Assembly (NCBI RefSeq): GCF_000142905.1
Contig: NW_013657629.1
Coordinates: forward strand, 62,001 to 126,000
Direction: 5' to 3'
From: Thecamonas trahens ATCC 50062
Taxonomy: Eukaryota > Protista > Apusomonadida
DNA length: 64,000 bases
A program made the translations under genes and the position numbers. The notes under the pieces are model-generated. The model was not told the origin of the DNA. It was given only the letters and a program-made list of their open reading frames with translations, and made no database searches. Of this stretch, positions 21,610-34,382 are shown piece after piece (positions within the stretch are counted from its first letter, which is position 1; each line of letters opens with the position of its first letter).

Positions 21610-23526
21610 TTAGCTCGATCCGTCCACAACCGGGCACCCAGCCGCCTCCCACCGCGCCAAGAGCCCAGCATACCGCCCCAACGCCCGCGCCATCGGGCGT
21701 CCCGGAGCAATCGCCGCTGCAAAGGCTGCGCGCCCGGTGGCGTCGTCGGCAAGGACCCGCACCAGCTCGTCGTCGCTCACGCTGGCATCGCCGAGGAGAG
21801 CGTTGACGCCACGGCCGCCGATGCTAGTCGAGGCGCGGTGGGCGCGGGCGCCGGCCTTGCGCACCTCGCCCATCATGGCCGAGATGGCGGCAGCCAGCGC
21901 AGCGTCCGAGTAGTCGATATGCGCCGGCTCCGCCTGCGCCGGCTCGGACTCGTCGCTGTCGAGACTCGCCACCCATGCGCTCAGCAGCGCGATCTCGTTG
22001 TCGGAAAAGATGCAGTACATGGGCCCGCGGAAGCCGACGAGTGTGGTGACTAGGGCCGAGCGGTGCGGCTTGCCCGGGACGACGTGCGGCGAAGCCGCCA
22101 GCGCCGCCCGCAGCGCCGCCGCGCCGCCGGTGTGTTCGCCACGCTCCAGCGCCGCAAACGCGTCGTTGAGGCTCCCGCCGGCGACCACGGCCTCGCCGTG
22201 CAGGTCCTTGGCAAAGGCGGCTTTTTGCACTAGTAGCGCGTCGACAGCGGCGTTGATGGCATCCACTGGCTCGTGCGCCCATGCGCGGACTGGCGCCACC
22301 TCAGTTGCAGGAGAGGAGCCGCCGCCGCCGCCTGCGACTCGCGCCAGCGGCGCGTCGAGCGTCTCCAGCTCGGCCATGACGCTGTCCATGGTGGTTTGGA
22401 AGGCGACAAAGCCGCGCCAGACCCGGCGGAAGAGCGCCTCCCGCTCGGCGCCTCGTGGTACCGCGCTCAGCAGGTCGTGCACGGCATCGAGCGCCTGCCG
22501 GCCGTGCCCGGCGGCAACGTTGTCGATGGCACCATGGAGGCGGAAGAAAATGGTGTCTGGAAGAAATGGCGCTGCCTCACGCGCGAGGCGGGCATTGATC
22601 GGCGAGGCAAAGAACTCGAGCCAGAGCGTAAAGCCGCAGATCTCGGGCTTGTACCGCAGCGGGAGCAGCGACGCTGCCAGCTGCATGGCTGCGTTGTCAA
22701 AGGCCGAGTCGAGGAAGAGTGGCGAGGCGGCAAAGGCCGGCGCGCCGATGATGGGGTGTCCGCTTCCGCCGGCTTGCTCGCGCCAGATCGGCTCGACAAG
22801 ATCCATGGCCTCAAGCAAGTCGAGGTAGACCTTGGCGTGATTCTGCGCCACCACCCCGTTGCCGGTCTCGTCGTAATGAATCGAGTGGAGCGCGGCCGAG
22901 ACCGAGTCTGTCGGCCCCACCAGAGCCGCCGTACCTGCCAGCCACGCACCGTCGACAAGATTGAACGGTGCTAGCTGGGCCACGTACTCACGCCACTGCC
23001 AGGCCTCGGGCCACCGCGGGACGGCGCCGTCGGCCTCCCACGCGCGCACCTCCTCGGCCACCAGCGCGTCGTACAGCGCCATCATGCGGGCCTCAAACGC
23101 CGCGGCGTCACCGTACTCGCCGTAGAGCAGATTGTTGCCCTGCGGCATGGCGGCAGCATGGACTGACCAGTCGACGACAGCCTTGCCCGCTGCCACCGCT
23201 GCCGCCGCTGCCAGCGCAGCCTCCATCACCGCCTCGGCCGCCGAGTACGCCGCCGCCGGTGCGTCCTCCACCGCCAGCACCGCCGCAAAGGCCTCCCGAT
23301 TGGAGATCTGGTCATCCGATGCGGCGCCGTGGCCTTTGTCAGCGCCCACACCTGCCGGGGAGCGCACAATGTCGTCTCCGTCCGCAAAGCTCAATTTTCC
23401 GCAATCTTTTCCGCTGCATGCACCCGCATGTGCGCCTGCCGACCGCAACGCGGCATACGTGGCCAACGCCGCCACCGCCGCCGCCGCTGCTGCTCCCGCT
23501 GCCGCCAGTGTGCCCGACGTCTTCAT
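21610..23526 (-). CDS. Iron-containing redox enzyme (heme-oxygenase-like diiron, Haem_oxygenas_2-type)
   Basis: Start MKTSG at 23526. QLAPFNLVDGAWL, YDETGNG...NHAKVY, EICGFTLWLE, FFRLHGAIDNVAAGHG. Confidence 0.82.
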   Translation of the reverse strand: MKTSGTLAAAGAAAAAAVAALATYAALRSAGAHAGACSGKDCGKLSFADGDDIVRSPAGVGADKGHGAASDDQISNREAFAAVLAVEDAPAAAYSAAEAVMEAALAAAAAVAAGKAVVDWSVHAAAMPQGNNLLYGEYGDAAAFEARMMALYDALVAEEVRAWEADGAVPRWPEAWQWREYVAQLAPFNLVDGAWLAGTAALVGPTDSVSAALHSIHYDETGNGVVAQNHAKVYLDLLEAMDLVEPIWREQAGGSGHPIIGAPAFAASPLFLDSAFDNAAMQLAASLLPLRYKPEICGFTLWLEFFASPINARLAREAAPFLPDTIFFRLHGAIDNVAAGHGRQALDAVHDLLSAVPRGAEREALFRRVWRGFVAFQTTMDSVMAELETLDAPLARVAGGGGGSSPATEVAPVRAWAHEPVDAINAAVDALLVQKAAFAKDLHGEAVVAGGSLNDAFAALERGEHTGGAAALRAALAASPHVVPGKPHRSALVTTLVGFRGPMYCIFSDNEIALLSAWVASLDSDESEPAQAEPAHIDYSDAALAAAISAMMGEVRKAGARAHRASTSIGGRGVNALLGDASVSDDELVRVLADDATGRAAFAAAIAPGRPMARALGRYAGLLARWEAAGCPVVDGSS

Positions 23527-23647
23527 GGACGTGGTGAGTAGAGGGGAAGGGGGAAAGAGAGGTGCAGTGCGCGGGTACCGTCTGCCTCCGGATGCTGCCG
23601 GTTGCCGGAGGAGAGCGGCGTGAACGACATCCGACTGTACGTTGGCC

Positions 23648-23850
23648 ACCATCACCCCATCATCACCACAGCCATCACAATCACAGCCATCACCATCACT
23701 GCCATCACCATCACTGCCATCATCATCACTGCCATCACAACCATCACCATCACTGCCATCACCATCACTGCCATCACTGCCATCACAATCACTGCCATCA
23801 CTGCCACCGCAACCATCGCCATCACTGCCATCACTGCCATCCCCATCCCC
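23648..23850 (+). repeat. (CCATCA/CCATCACTG)n degenerate tandem repeat in a divergent intergenic region
   Basis: Direct repeats visible; they generate spurious His/Thr/Asp-rich ORF extensions. Confidence 0.9.
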
Positions 23851-23994
23851 AGTTGGCCCCATCCCCATCCCCACCACGTGACCTGCACATGCCACCACCA
23901 CCACCTCCCCCCTCCCCCCCCCCCACCGCCACCGCCACCCACACGTGCGACCCCACCCACCCGCGCACCCCTCCCACTGCACTCACCCCATACC

Positions 23995-25356
23995 ATGGCC
24001 ACAGGCGTCGACGTCCTCGCGGCGTTCAACATCGCCAAGGATGCCTTCTCTGTGGCCTCGCTCACACTGCCGTACATCTTCCTCTCCACAGGCCTCCCGC
24101 TCGCCGCTGCCTCTGTTCTCGTCCTCGGCCTGGCCTCGTGGGCCGGCGCTGTCTTCCTCCATCGCGCAGCAGAGGATGCACAGACAAAGATCTCTGGCTC
24201 TAGCGCCTCGTCGGCCTCTCTCCTTGCCGCCGATCGCCTCGTCGACGCCCCGCCTGTCAGCTACTCGCACTGTGTCGAGCTGCTCTGGGGCCGCCGCGCA
24301 AAGATGGCCGCAGACGTCACCATCGTCGTCGTCGACACCTCGGCCTCGTTCGCCATGCTCATCGCCGCTGGCCAGGCCCTCCACTCGGTTGGCGCCATCG
24401 CCGCCTCACACGCCTTTCTCGCCCACTATCCTCCGCTCGTTATCGCTGTTGGCCTCGTCGTCGCCGCCGTCTGCGTCGCCCTGCCCTCGGGCGATGCCCT
24501 CAAGTACCCGTCCGCCCTCGGCGCCACCGCCTTCCTCGCCCTCCTTGTCCTCACAGGCGTCCTTGGCGCCCGTGGTGAGCTGCACCAAGCCGACTTGCCG
24601 CCGCCGCCGCCGCGTTCCCACGTCTGGAGCTCGCTTGGCTGGCCGAACTCGCTCCGTGCCGCCGTTCTCGCCCCGGGCGTCCTCAAGTTCTGCTTTGCCG
24701 GCATCGAGTCGTGGCCCTCGCTCGCCGTCCCGCTGGGCCAGGCCTACATCCCCACCCTCGCCCTCGCCACCGCCATCATGATGAGCTTTACTATGGCCAT
24801 GGGCCTCGTCGGCTACGCCTACGCGCCAGCTGACGTCGCCGAGAACCTCCTGCTGGATCTCCCGGACTCGGTCGCCGGCAACTCGGCTCGCATCGCCACT
24901 GCTGCCATGCTCGCCTTTACCACTCCCATCCTCCTCTTTGCCGCCTTTGAGATCCTCGAGTTTGCCACCGCAGCCGCCTTTCCCTCCCTCGCCGCACGTC
25001 CCTCTCCCGCCGGCCCGCCCGCCTCCCTCACCGCCTCGCCGTCCGACCCGCTGCTGCCGTCCATCAACACCGTCCTCTCGCAGAGCCCGCAGAGCCCGCA
25101 GAGCCCGCCAACCGCCTCCCGCCCGGCCGCCACCGCCATCCGCCTCCTCCTGGTCATCATCGCCTCTGTCGCCGCAGCCTCCTTCCCCAACCTCGTCTAC
25201 GCCGTCTCGGTCACCGGCGCCGTCGGCGACTCTGCCCTAGGCCTTGTCATCCCGGGCATCGCCGCCTGTGGCCATCGCTCGCCCATTGCAGGCATCGCCC
25301 TCGTTATCATCGGTCTCGTCTGCATGATTTGCGGTCTCATCGTTCCCTTCACCTAA
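23995..25356 (+). CDS. Amino-acid transporter (AAAP/Aa_trans, SLC36/38-like)
   Basis: AAFNIAKDAFSVASLTLPY.F..G; SY...V..L.G; FCFAG; GLVGY.Y...V.ENLL..LP; SVTGAVG...LGLVIP; about 11 hydrophobic segments. Confidence 0.88.
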   Translation: MATGVDVLAAFNIAKDAFSVASLTLPYIFLSTGLPLAAASVLVLGLASWAGAVFLHRAAEDAQTKISGSSASSASLLAADRLVDAPPVSYSHCVELLWGRRAKMAADVTIVVVDTSASFAMLIAAGQALHSVGAIAASHAFLAHYPPLVIAVGLVVAAVCVALPSGDALKYPSALGATAFLALLVLTGVLGARGELHQADLPPPPPRSHVWSSLGWPNSLRAAVLAPGVLKFCFAGIESWPSLAVPLGQAYIPTLALATAIMMSFTMAMGLVGYAYAPADVAENLLLDLPDSVAGNSARIATAAMLAFTTPILLFAAFEILEFATAAAFPSLAARPSPAGPPASLTASPSDPLLPSINTVLSQSPQSPQSPPTASRPAATAIRLLLVIIASVAAASFPNLVYAVSVTGAVGDSALGLVIPGIAACGHRSPIAGIALVIIGLVCMICGLIVPFT

Positions 25357-25668
25357 ACTCCCCCCTCCCCTCCCCCTCTCCCCCCAACCACTTCCTGGTA
25401 TCCGCCGCACCCCGCCGCTGCTCGTCTGCCCGCCACCGGCCACCGACCAAAACACGGCCAGACAGCCTACCACCGCCACCGCCACCGCACTCCAGACACA
25501 CCCACCACCACACACCACACACACACACACACATCCCCCGCCACCGCAACCCAACCCACTTCTCGTCGGCTCTGACCGCGCGTGTCTCCGCCGCTCCCCG
25601 CACGTGCCTCCGCTTCCCCGCGCCTCACACCCCGCTGCCGCCCTCTGCCGCCTGCTGGGCTCCGACCG

Positions 25669-27601
25669 ATGAAGAGTAGGTTCGACGGGGGGTACACGTA
25701 CCTGTCCACAAATTGTGTCATTGTGTTGTCCCGGTACTCACACCTTCCTTCTCTCCCGACCGCGCACAGCCGCTCACTTTTCTGGCGATCGCGCCGCGTT
25801 CAAGACCTCGATCGAGCGCGCCGGCGCTGCGAGCGTCACGAGACTCACCGTCGCACCGTCGTCGTCGGATGGTGAGGTCGAGTACGCCGCATCACTGGTG
25901 TCTTCCATCGTCGAGCTCGACCTCGCGCGGTGCTCGTACGTCACCGACGCCTCCATCAGCGCCGTCGCCGCCTCGTGTCCAGCGCTCACGTCGGTCAATC
26001 TCTACTGCTGCGAGCGGGTGGGTGACGAGGGTGTGGCCGCGCTCTCGCACGGCTGCCCGCAGCTGGCGACGATCAACCTCCGAGGCTGTCCGTCGATCAC
26101 AGCAGCCGCGCTGGCCGCACTGGCCGACGGCCGCGGCCGCATGCTCCGCGAGCTCAACGTCCACGGCTGCCATCTGGCAGTGACCGACGACGCGCTCGCG
26201 CACATTGCTGCCTCATGCCCATCACTCTGCAAGCTCGACATTTCCGGGTGCAAATACGTGACCGACGTCGCGCTTCGGGCCCTAGCTGCCGGCTGCAGCC
26301 AACTCACGTCTGTCGTCGCCGCCCGCTGCCGCGAGCTGACCGACACCGGCGCCATTGCCGTTGCCGCCGGCTCTCCCAACCTCCGCACCCTCGACCTCGC
26401 GGGCTGCCGCAAGACCGGCTCGGTCCGGTCCGCCACCTCGGCCCGCCGCGCCTACCTCGAGTGGATGGCCAACACGCCACCGACCGAGTGGGACTCGCTG
26501 TATGTCGGTCACGCCAACGCTGCGCTCTGCAACCTCGCTGCCCTCGGCGGCCTCACTCCGGCGACTGTCCGCGCAGCCCTTGCCGAAGGCATTGCTCTCC
26601 CGCCAGAGCTCCCGCAGGTCATTGCCGACTCGATGCCGCACGCCTCGGCGCTCGCCGCCACCGTCCACGACCTCCTTGGCGCCGCCGCCAGCCGTCCGGA
26701 GAGCCAGCCGCCGGCGTACTCGCTCGATCCACCCGACGTTGCCGACGTGCCCGACGACGAGATTGAGCCGGACGAGTCGCCGTTTGGCGCGTCGTCGCCG
26801 CCGGCCTACGTCTCCCCGCCGCAGCCGGCCCCCCCGTTGCTTCCCTCGAACTCGGGCTCGACGCCGACAGCCGCGCGCATCTGCGCCGCGCCGTCGTGCG
26901 GTGCCGGCGTTGAGCTCGGTCGCACCTGCTCTGCGGTCTGCCGTGCTCGCTACGCGGCTGCCAAGTGTGCACTCTGCGCGGCACTGATCACGCCGGCCGA
27001 GGGTTATGTGCTCGGCTGCTCGGCGCCATGCGACGCCGAAGCCTTTTTTCTCGCCGCCTCGCCGCCATCCACCGCCACCCTCCGTCCCATCGCCACCACC
27101 TCACCGCTTGGCGCCTTTGTCCTCTCCACCATCGTCGCTTCTTGGTCGCGGACCTCCTCCTTTGACCGCTCACGCCTCCGGAGTTTGCACCTTGTCCTCC
27201 CGTCCACCGCGCAGGCTGCTGCCTTTGCCTCTGCCCGCAGCCGCCACGCCGCTCTCCGTTGGGCATTTTATCCGCTCCGAGCCGTGTGCACGCCATCGGC
27301 ACCTGCTGTGCTGCCGTGCGGTACCGCCGAGTGCTCGCTTTGCAACACTGCCGTCGCAGGCTTTGCACCCGACTACACCGGCGACATCTCACTCACGACC
27401 GTCGCCTCACATGCGGCGTTCTCCGCAGCCTCGTCGTCGTCGTCGGCCCCTGCATCGTCGGCCACCGCCTCGCCGTCGTCGCTTTGGTTTGCTCTTGCCG
27501 CCGTAGCTGGTGGTCACTCTGCAGCCGACACCGTCAGCGTCACTGCCACCGACGCCGCCCGCCCTGTCGTCTTTGTCGAGCTTGCCATCACCAGTTGGTA
27601 G
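25669..27601 (+). CDS. AMN1/FBXL-type Cys-containing LRR protein with Cys clusters and a degenerate ADP-ribosyltransferase-like C-terminus
   Basis: Repeats of LxxLxLxGCxxVTDxxLxxIAxxCP. Probable micro-exon ATGAAGA then intron GTAGGT 25676-25769. Tail WAFYPLRAVC..CGTAECSLCNTAVAGF. Confidence 0.75.
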
Positions 27602-28114
27602 CCTCCCAGCCTCCTCTCGGCGAATTCCTCGGTGTCAATATTTTTATCTCGGCACATAAACGCGACTTCCCTCCTCCGTCATATTGTTGTCTGCACGCGG
27701 CAGCCATCTTTGCGTTGCAACTCACCCGCAACAGGGACGGCTGTGGGGGGATGGATGCCGTGAGTGGGAAAGGGAGCAGTCGCAAGACACGACTTGCAGG
27801 CGGGACACAGCATGGCGGAGTCCACATGTGCAGGGCACGTGTCCAGGTCAAGACCCGCCCCCATGCCTGCCGTGCTATGCCCGCAAGTCAAGCCGCCCGC
27901 GGTGCGGGTGAGCTCGTCGGCCTGGGCGCCGAGAACGGATGGGGCGAGCAAAGCGGCTGGAGCGGCAGAGGTGGCGGCAATGATGGCTGAAGTGGCGGCA
28001 ATGACGGTAGAGCCGACAATGGCGATGATCGTCGCTGTGGCATTGGCCGAGTCGACCACTGGCTCCGCCCCGAGCTTGAGCCGAGGACCCATCGCTAGCC
28101 CGAGCCGAGTGCCG

Positions 28115-31100
28115 ATGCCGCGAGGAGGGCGGCCGCGACACGCCCTCACCTTTCCCATCGCCCTCGTACTCGTCCTTGCCCTCATCGCCGCCGCTGGCGT
28201 GTCAGGAGTGGCGGCGTCTAACGCCACTCTCGCCCCGCCGCCGCCAGGTGCCCCGGTCCCGATCTGGCTGCCGCCGCTGGCGACCATAGCAGCCAGCCCG
28301 GCCGGAACCGCCGCCTCGGCCGCCGCCTCGCTGTGGCTTTTGCCACCGCTGGCATCGCCCCCGCCTGATCGCGCGTCGGCTATGCCGCGGATGCTGGCCA
28401 CTCTTCCGCCGGACGCTTGCTCTGCTGGCTGCGTGGTCCGGCTCGTTGCGACGCTCGCCGCCGCGCCGCCGGACGAGCCGCCCGCATCGCCCAGGGTCCT
28501 CCTCGCTGCGCTCGATGCTGACGGTACAGCCATGGCCGCACTGGAGGTTGGCCCGGTTGCCCTGCGCGTCGCCGGCCAGCGTATCCTGCTGCCGCTTACC
28601 CTTCCACTCGCGGATGCTGCCCCATTCTCCCTCGAGATGCACCTCGAATCGGCCGAGCTGCGAATCTCAATCGCCGCCGACGTGGCCAACACTTCAGCGC
28701 GCGCCGACGCACAGGCGGCAGTCGCGCTTGCCCCGATGTTTGTGCCCTCGTCCTTTGCTGTTGGCCCGGCGGTCGGTGAGCTCCTCCCGCACAGTCTCAG
28801 CGTGATTGCGTTCACGGTCTCACCCATCGGCGGCGCACCGGTCATTAACCTTGCGCTACAGGCTGCTGATGTTGGCGCGCCAGACATGGCTGCCGCCTGT
28901 GCCGCCGCCGCCAACGGCCTGCCGCGCCCGGCTTCAGCGTCGCTGACCGACACCGCCGCTGCTGGCGGCTCGATCGTCGTGGTCGGCGGCGATGAGCCCG
29001 GAGCGCAGGTCTTCCTTCTTCCACTCGGCCTCCTTCCGCCCGTAGCTGTCAACGCGCCACTCGTCCTCTGGCTCCCGCCGAAGGCGGTAGCGGCGACGCT
29101 TCGCTCGCCCTTCCGCTGCACTTTCCTTCCAACCCTCCCGGCACCCTCGTATCGGCCACGGTCTCGCCATCGCCTCCAGGCCCACTGGCTGCGACCACGC
29201 CCGACGCCTTGGTCTTCAACTACGGCCTGTCATCGGTGCCGGCACTCCCGGCCTCGGGCACTTCCTTTCGCCTCAACATCACCGACGTGCTTCCAGTCGA
29301 ACTCATCGTGGCTCCGCTCCCGCTCCCGGTCGCACCGTCGACTGCCATCGCTCTCGTCCCGCCGCAGCCCGCGGTCTTCACCCTCCCCGTGGCGCACGCG
29401 GCACTCGCCAGCGTGGCCGCGTCCGTGTCTGCTATCCCGGCGCATGGCACGCTCGATATGTGGGACGCGCAAGCTCTGGTGTGGACCTCGATCACTGCCG
29501 CGCCGTATTCGCTGCCGTCTCCGCACACTCTCCTCCGCTACACGCCCCCGCTGCATCCGCGTGCCAACGCACTCGCCGCTGCGCCGTTTGTGGGCTACAC
29601 GCTGGCGCTCGGGACATACTCTGTTGGAGGCTCAATTGCGCTCATCCTCGTCCCGGTCAACACGCCGCCGAGTGCATCGGCCGCCGGCGGCGCGCTGGCG
29701 CTCGATGGGCGCGACGACGGCATCGACCTCACGGCACTCAGTCTGCTCGGTCCACCTATCACGGTCCAGGCGTGGCTTGCCCGCGCGCCCGCAGCGACAC
29801 CCGCCGTGGTCATTGCACTCGTCTCGGCGGCAGGCGGAGGCAACGCGTCGGTGGCGCTCCTCGTTGGGCCTGATGGCTCGTTCTCGGTCACAGTCGCTGG
29901 CGCCAGCTACTTGGCAGGCAACGCCTCGCTTCCGATCGCAGCAGTCGGCGAGTGGACCCACGTCTCACTGGCCGCGACGGTCGACGGGCAGCTCACGGTG
30001 ACGGTGCAGAGCACCGATGTGAGCACCAGCCCTAGCGTGGTCGTTGTCCCAGGGCTTGCCCTTTCACCGCCGCTCACCGTCCTCGTCGCTCCGGCTCAAG
30101 TCGCACTCCCGGCGGCGTTGGCAAGCCATAGCGGGGCCTTTGCCGGCACCATCGACGAGATCCGAGTGTGGCACGATGCGTCTCCGGCTCTTGCCGGCTC
30201 CAAACTCGTCACACATCGGCTGGTTGGCAACGAGGCTAATCTTGCGCTGTACCTTCCGCTGGACGAGCTGCCAATGGTCGACGCGTCGCCGTTTGGTGCG
30301 ACACTTCCGATACTGGCGCCGCACGCTGCGCCCTCCCTCGTTGTCTCGGGCGCGCCGATAGCCACGCGGGTGGTGACGCTGGAAGACACTACCGTCGAGG
30401 TGGCATTTCCGGGTTTTGACGTCGATGCGCGCGAGACGGCGTCGACGCTGGCGGTCTTTGTGACAGCGCTTCCGGCCCGCGGTGAGCTGCGGCTACTCGG
30501 GTCGGACGCGCCTGTGCGTGCGGCAGGAGCCGGGCTTGGCTGCCCGCTCCCGGCGAGCGGTGCGGCGCTGACGACAGCGCTGGCTGATCCGGTCCCACCG
30601 GCCGCAACCGATCCAGCAGTGCCCGGTGGATACACGCCGGCACAGGTGCTTGGCGAGCCGAACGTCTACCCGTTCCACACCCGGTCGCCACTGGCCTGGC
30701 GGCCGCGCTTCGACTCGGCGACGACGCCGCTGGTCCTGGCGCTCGACATCTTGCCGGCACCGGCGATCGTGACGGCGATCACCGTGTTCGAGACGCTCAA
30801 TCCGGGCTCGCTCTCGGCCGTGTACGCCACAGCCAATGGGAGCCGGTTCCTGTGGTGGGCTGCGCCGCCGCTCGCCGCGCCGCTTCCGCTCACAGGCCGT
30901 GCGGCAGAGACGCGCGTTCCACTACTTCCTCGGCTCGAGCATGTTGCCCGGCTTGAGCTGGTCTTTGATCCGCGGCGACTGGCCGCCGAGGCGGGCGGCG
31001 AGACCGCTATCGACGCTGTCGTTGTCTATGGCGCCGGCGTCGCCACCGAGCTCGCCGACATCTTTCCGGGCTACTTGCCGAGTGGTACGGCTGTCTTTAC

Positions 31101-34100
31101 GCCCGATGCCAACACCGCCGATCCCGACTACGCCACCATCGGGTACACCGTGTTTGACGCCGAGTGCGGCGTGGCGGCGCCTGCAGAGCTCGCCATCGCT
31201 GTCGACGACTCGAACGACCGCCCTGTGGCGCTGACAGACACCATTTCCTTCGACGCTGCCGCGCCCGAGGCGCTTGTCCTACTGCGCTTTGCAGACCTAG
31301 CATCCGACGTCGACTCGCCGACACTGACCTTTACCATCGCCACCGCGCCACCGCGCGGCGTGCTGTACAACACGCCTGACGGTGTGACCCCGACCTCGGT
31401 TCTCACCGCCGGCGACAATGTCCTGCATCCGGACGGGCTTTGCCTGTACACTCCAGGCTCGCCGCAGATCGACGGCATGGCTGCTGGTGCGCCGGCCTAC
31501 GCCGTGATCACGTTTACCGTCTTTGACGGCGCGTCGTACTCGCGCCTGCCAGGCGCGCTGACCATCTCAGCGCTCTGCCCGTCGGGTACTGCGCGTGCCG
31601 GCGAGAGCAGCACTGGCGTCACCATCGGCGACGACGAGCTTGTTGTGTGTGCACCATGCGTCCGCGGCGCGTACCAGCCGTTCCCTGCGCTGACTGAGTG
31701 CCTCCTGTGTGAGCCCGGAAGCACGTCGCTGACCGGATCGCCGGCTTGTGCGCCGTGCCTGCCCGGATCTGCGGCGCCGACACCTGGGGCGAGCAACTGC
31801 TCGCTGTGCGCGCCTGGCCTGGTGGCTCCGGCCGCCGGGGCAGCGGCGTGTGAGTTGTGTCCGCCAGGCACGTTCGCTCCGGACATTGGCCGCACCGTGT
31901 GCACCCCATGCTCGGCCGGTAGCTACGCGGCGGGATCGGCGTCGGCGTCATGCACGGCGTGCCCGGCTGGAACAACAACGCTTGCCGCAGGCGCTGCCGA
32001 CAAGGCGGCGTGCATCTGCGCGCCGGGCTTCTACAACGCATCAGCTTCGGCGACGTGCGTGGCGTGCCCGACGGGTGGGGTGTGTGCCGGCGGCGATGCA
32101 GCGCCGGTGCCGGCGCCAGGCTACTGGGCAGCGACGCTCGATGCCGAGGCTTTTCTGCGATGCGCCACGGTGGCGGCGTGTCCGGGCGGGTCAGCGGCGC
32201 GGTGCGCGGTCGGATACACTGGCGCGCTGTGCGCATCGTGCGCGGCTGGATACGCACGGACTGGCGCAGCTTCCGAGACGCCGGCCTGTGTGCGCTGCGA
32301 CGGCGGGCAGGGCCAGGCACTGCTGGGCATCGCAGTGATGGCTGGACTTGCGGTTGCCGGTGTGCTGGCAACGACGTCGAGCGGCGGGCCGGGTGCGCGG
32401 CTGGTGCGGCGGCGGACGCTTGTGCGGGCGATGGCGTGCCTCTCGCTCGGCGTGGCCTTCTTGCAGCAGGTTGGCGTTGTCGGCTCGCTGGCTCTGTCGT
32501 GGGGCCCGGGTATGCGGACGATGGGTCCTGTGCTGAGTGCAGTGTCGCTGGATGCGACGCGGCTCCCACTGGGGTGTGCACTCCCGGGTCCGCCGTCACC
32601 GTCGGCACACTACGCGCTGCTACTGGCGCTCCCGCTGCTGGTCCCGGCCTGGCTCTGTGTGTTCTACGCGGCGATGGGTGTGCGGGCGGCAATTCCCGCG
32701 ACGGTGGCGGCGATGCTGCCAGCTGCAGTGACGCGGATGTGGAAGCCACTGGCGGCGCCGCGGGCGGTGGCCACGCTCCTGGTCTTTGCGGAGATCGGGT
32801 TCATCGCCATCACCACCACGCTCTTTCTCCCGTTCCGCTGCTTTTTGCAGACCGACGGCGAACTTGTCCTCGCCTGGGCACCCGACACCCGTTGCTACAG
32901 TGGGGCATGGGCTGCGGCCTTTCTCCCGCTCCTTGTCCCGGCGGTAATTGTGTACCTGGCGGGCATTCCGCTGTATCTGGCGCGGGCGGTGATGGCGGCG
33001 GCGGCGCGGCCGCTGCGCCCGGCGCACATCGCCGCCCACGCCCCGCTGTTTACCAAGTACCAGCCCCGGACGTACTTTTGGGGGCTTGTGGAGCTGACGG
33101 CCAAGGTGGCGATTACTGCCGCCGCCGCCGCCCTCGCGGCCTCGCCGCTCTCGGCTGCGCTCATCACGCTCACGGTGGTTGCTGCCCTTGCTGCCACGCG
33201 GACGACACTTGCGCCGTTCTTTGATCCGTCTGTCAACCGGCTAGCGACCGGTCTCGCCGTGGTGCTCTCGGCCTTGCTTGTCCTTGCGCCGCTGCACTAC
33301 GTGCCCGCAGCCGGCACGCCTGCCCCCGTGGTCGCCGATCCCGCGCTCGGAACCGCGATTTCAAACGCGGTCATCGTCCTTGTTGTCGGCGGGGGGTGGC
33401 GGCGTGTGCAACGGCGGTGTGGATTGTGTGGTCAGCGCGGTCTGGGCCGGCGGCAAGCGCGGCTGAAGCCGCCGATGCGGCGCGGGCGGCCATTGTGGCA
33501 TCGCTTGCAACGCTGGGCACGCCGCGTGTCCTAGAAGCCATTGCCGGCGACAAGGCTGGTGCGTGGCCCGAACTGGCGCCGGCCGAGCTCGCTGAGCTCC
33601 GTCGCGGGCTCGATGCGTTGTCTGCAGCGTATCTCGGGCTCCACGGGCCGACGCCGCGGATTATGGCCGAGGCCGACACTTCCCTGGTGGCGCTCATCAC
33701 GCCGCGCGACGGCGGTGACAACGATAATGGCGCCTCGTCGGTCCTCTCCGAGTCGTCATCGTCTTCGATCTCGCCATCGTACTCGTACGTTGAGTACTCG
33801 GACGCCACCGTTGATGCCGAGGCCACCAAGGCTGAGGCGGCCGCGCGGGCGCGGGAGGCGCGGGCTGCTGCAGCCGCAGCACGACAAGACGCGGTCTTTC
33901 TCACCGCCGCGCTTGGTCCGTCACGCCCGGGATCGCCTGCTATCTCACCGCGGGTGTCGCGCCCGGGCTCGCGCCAGAGGTCCCTACTCGGCTCGCGCCA
34001 GGGCTCGCGCTCGAGCTCCCCGGCATCGGTCCTCACAAGCCGGCCGCGGTCGCGGCCACGCGTTGAGTCGCCGATAATGAGCCGCTGGTCACAGTTCCTC

Positions 34101-34322
34101 GCTACGTCGCCGCAGCCGGATGCGTCACCTCGTCTAGATGTCTCGCCGGCCGTGAGCCGGAGATCCAAGACACCGATGAGTGCGCGCAGTGTTTCGCTGC
34201 CCGGGGCGGCGCTTGAAGCCATTCCACGCAACCGGTCTTCGCCGTCACTCACCTTCCTGGCACCGATCCAAGAGCCAGACGCGTACGAGCCGGATGCGCG
34301 CGAGGGCGGTGGGCGGGTGTAA
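28115..34322 (+). CDS. Giant cell-surface multi-pass protein (signal peptide, LamG-like, cadherin/Ig-like, GCC2/3 Cys repeats, about 7 TM); two apparent -1 frameshifts
   Basis: Signal MPRGGRPRHALTFPIALVLVLAL; LamG-like LALDGRDD..GEWTHV..FAGTIDEIRVW; NDRPVA..D.D; CxxCxxG repeats; TM block with Y..RTYFWGLVE. The frame switches near 29075 and 33393, joining ORFs 27764, 29209 and 33396. Confidence 0.75.
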
Positions 34323-34382
34323 GGAAGAGTGCGTGTCCGTGTGGTTTGTTACTGTTTGGCAAATGAAGGGACAAACGCGCGC

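Noticed and set aside
23527-23994. N-terminal extensions (DGSDG, ITAIT and poly-His) of the redox enzyme and the transporter
   Set aside because: They derive from an intergenic CCATCA repeat; better ATG starts exist at 23526 and 23995.
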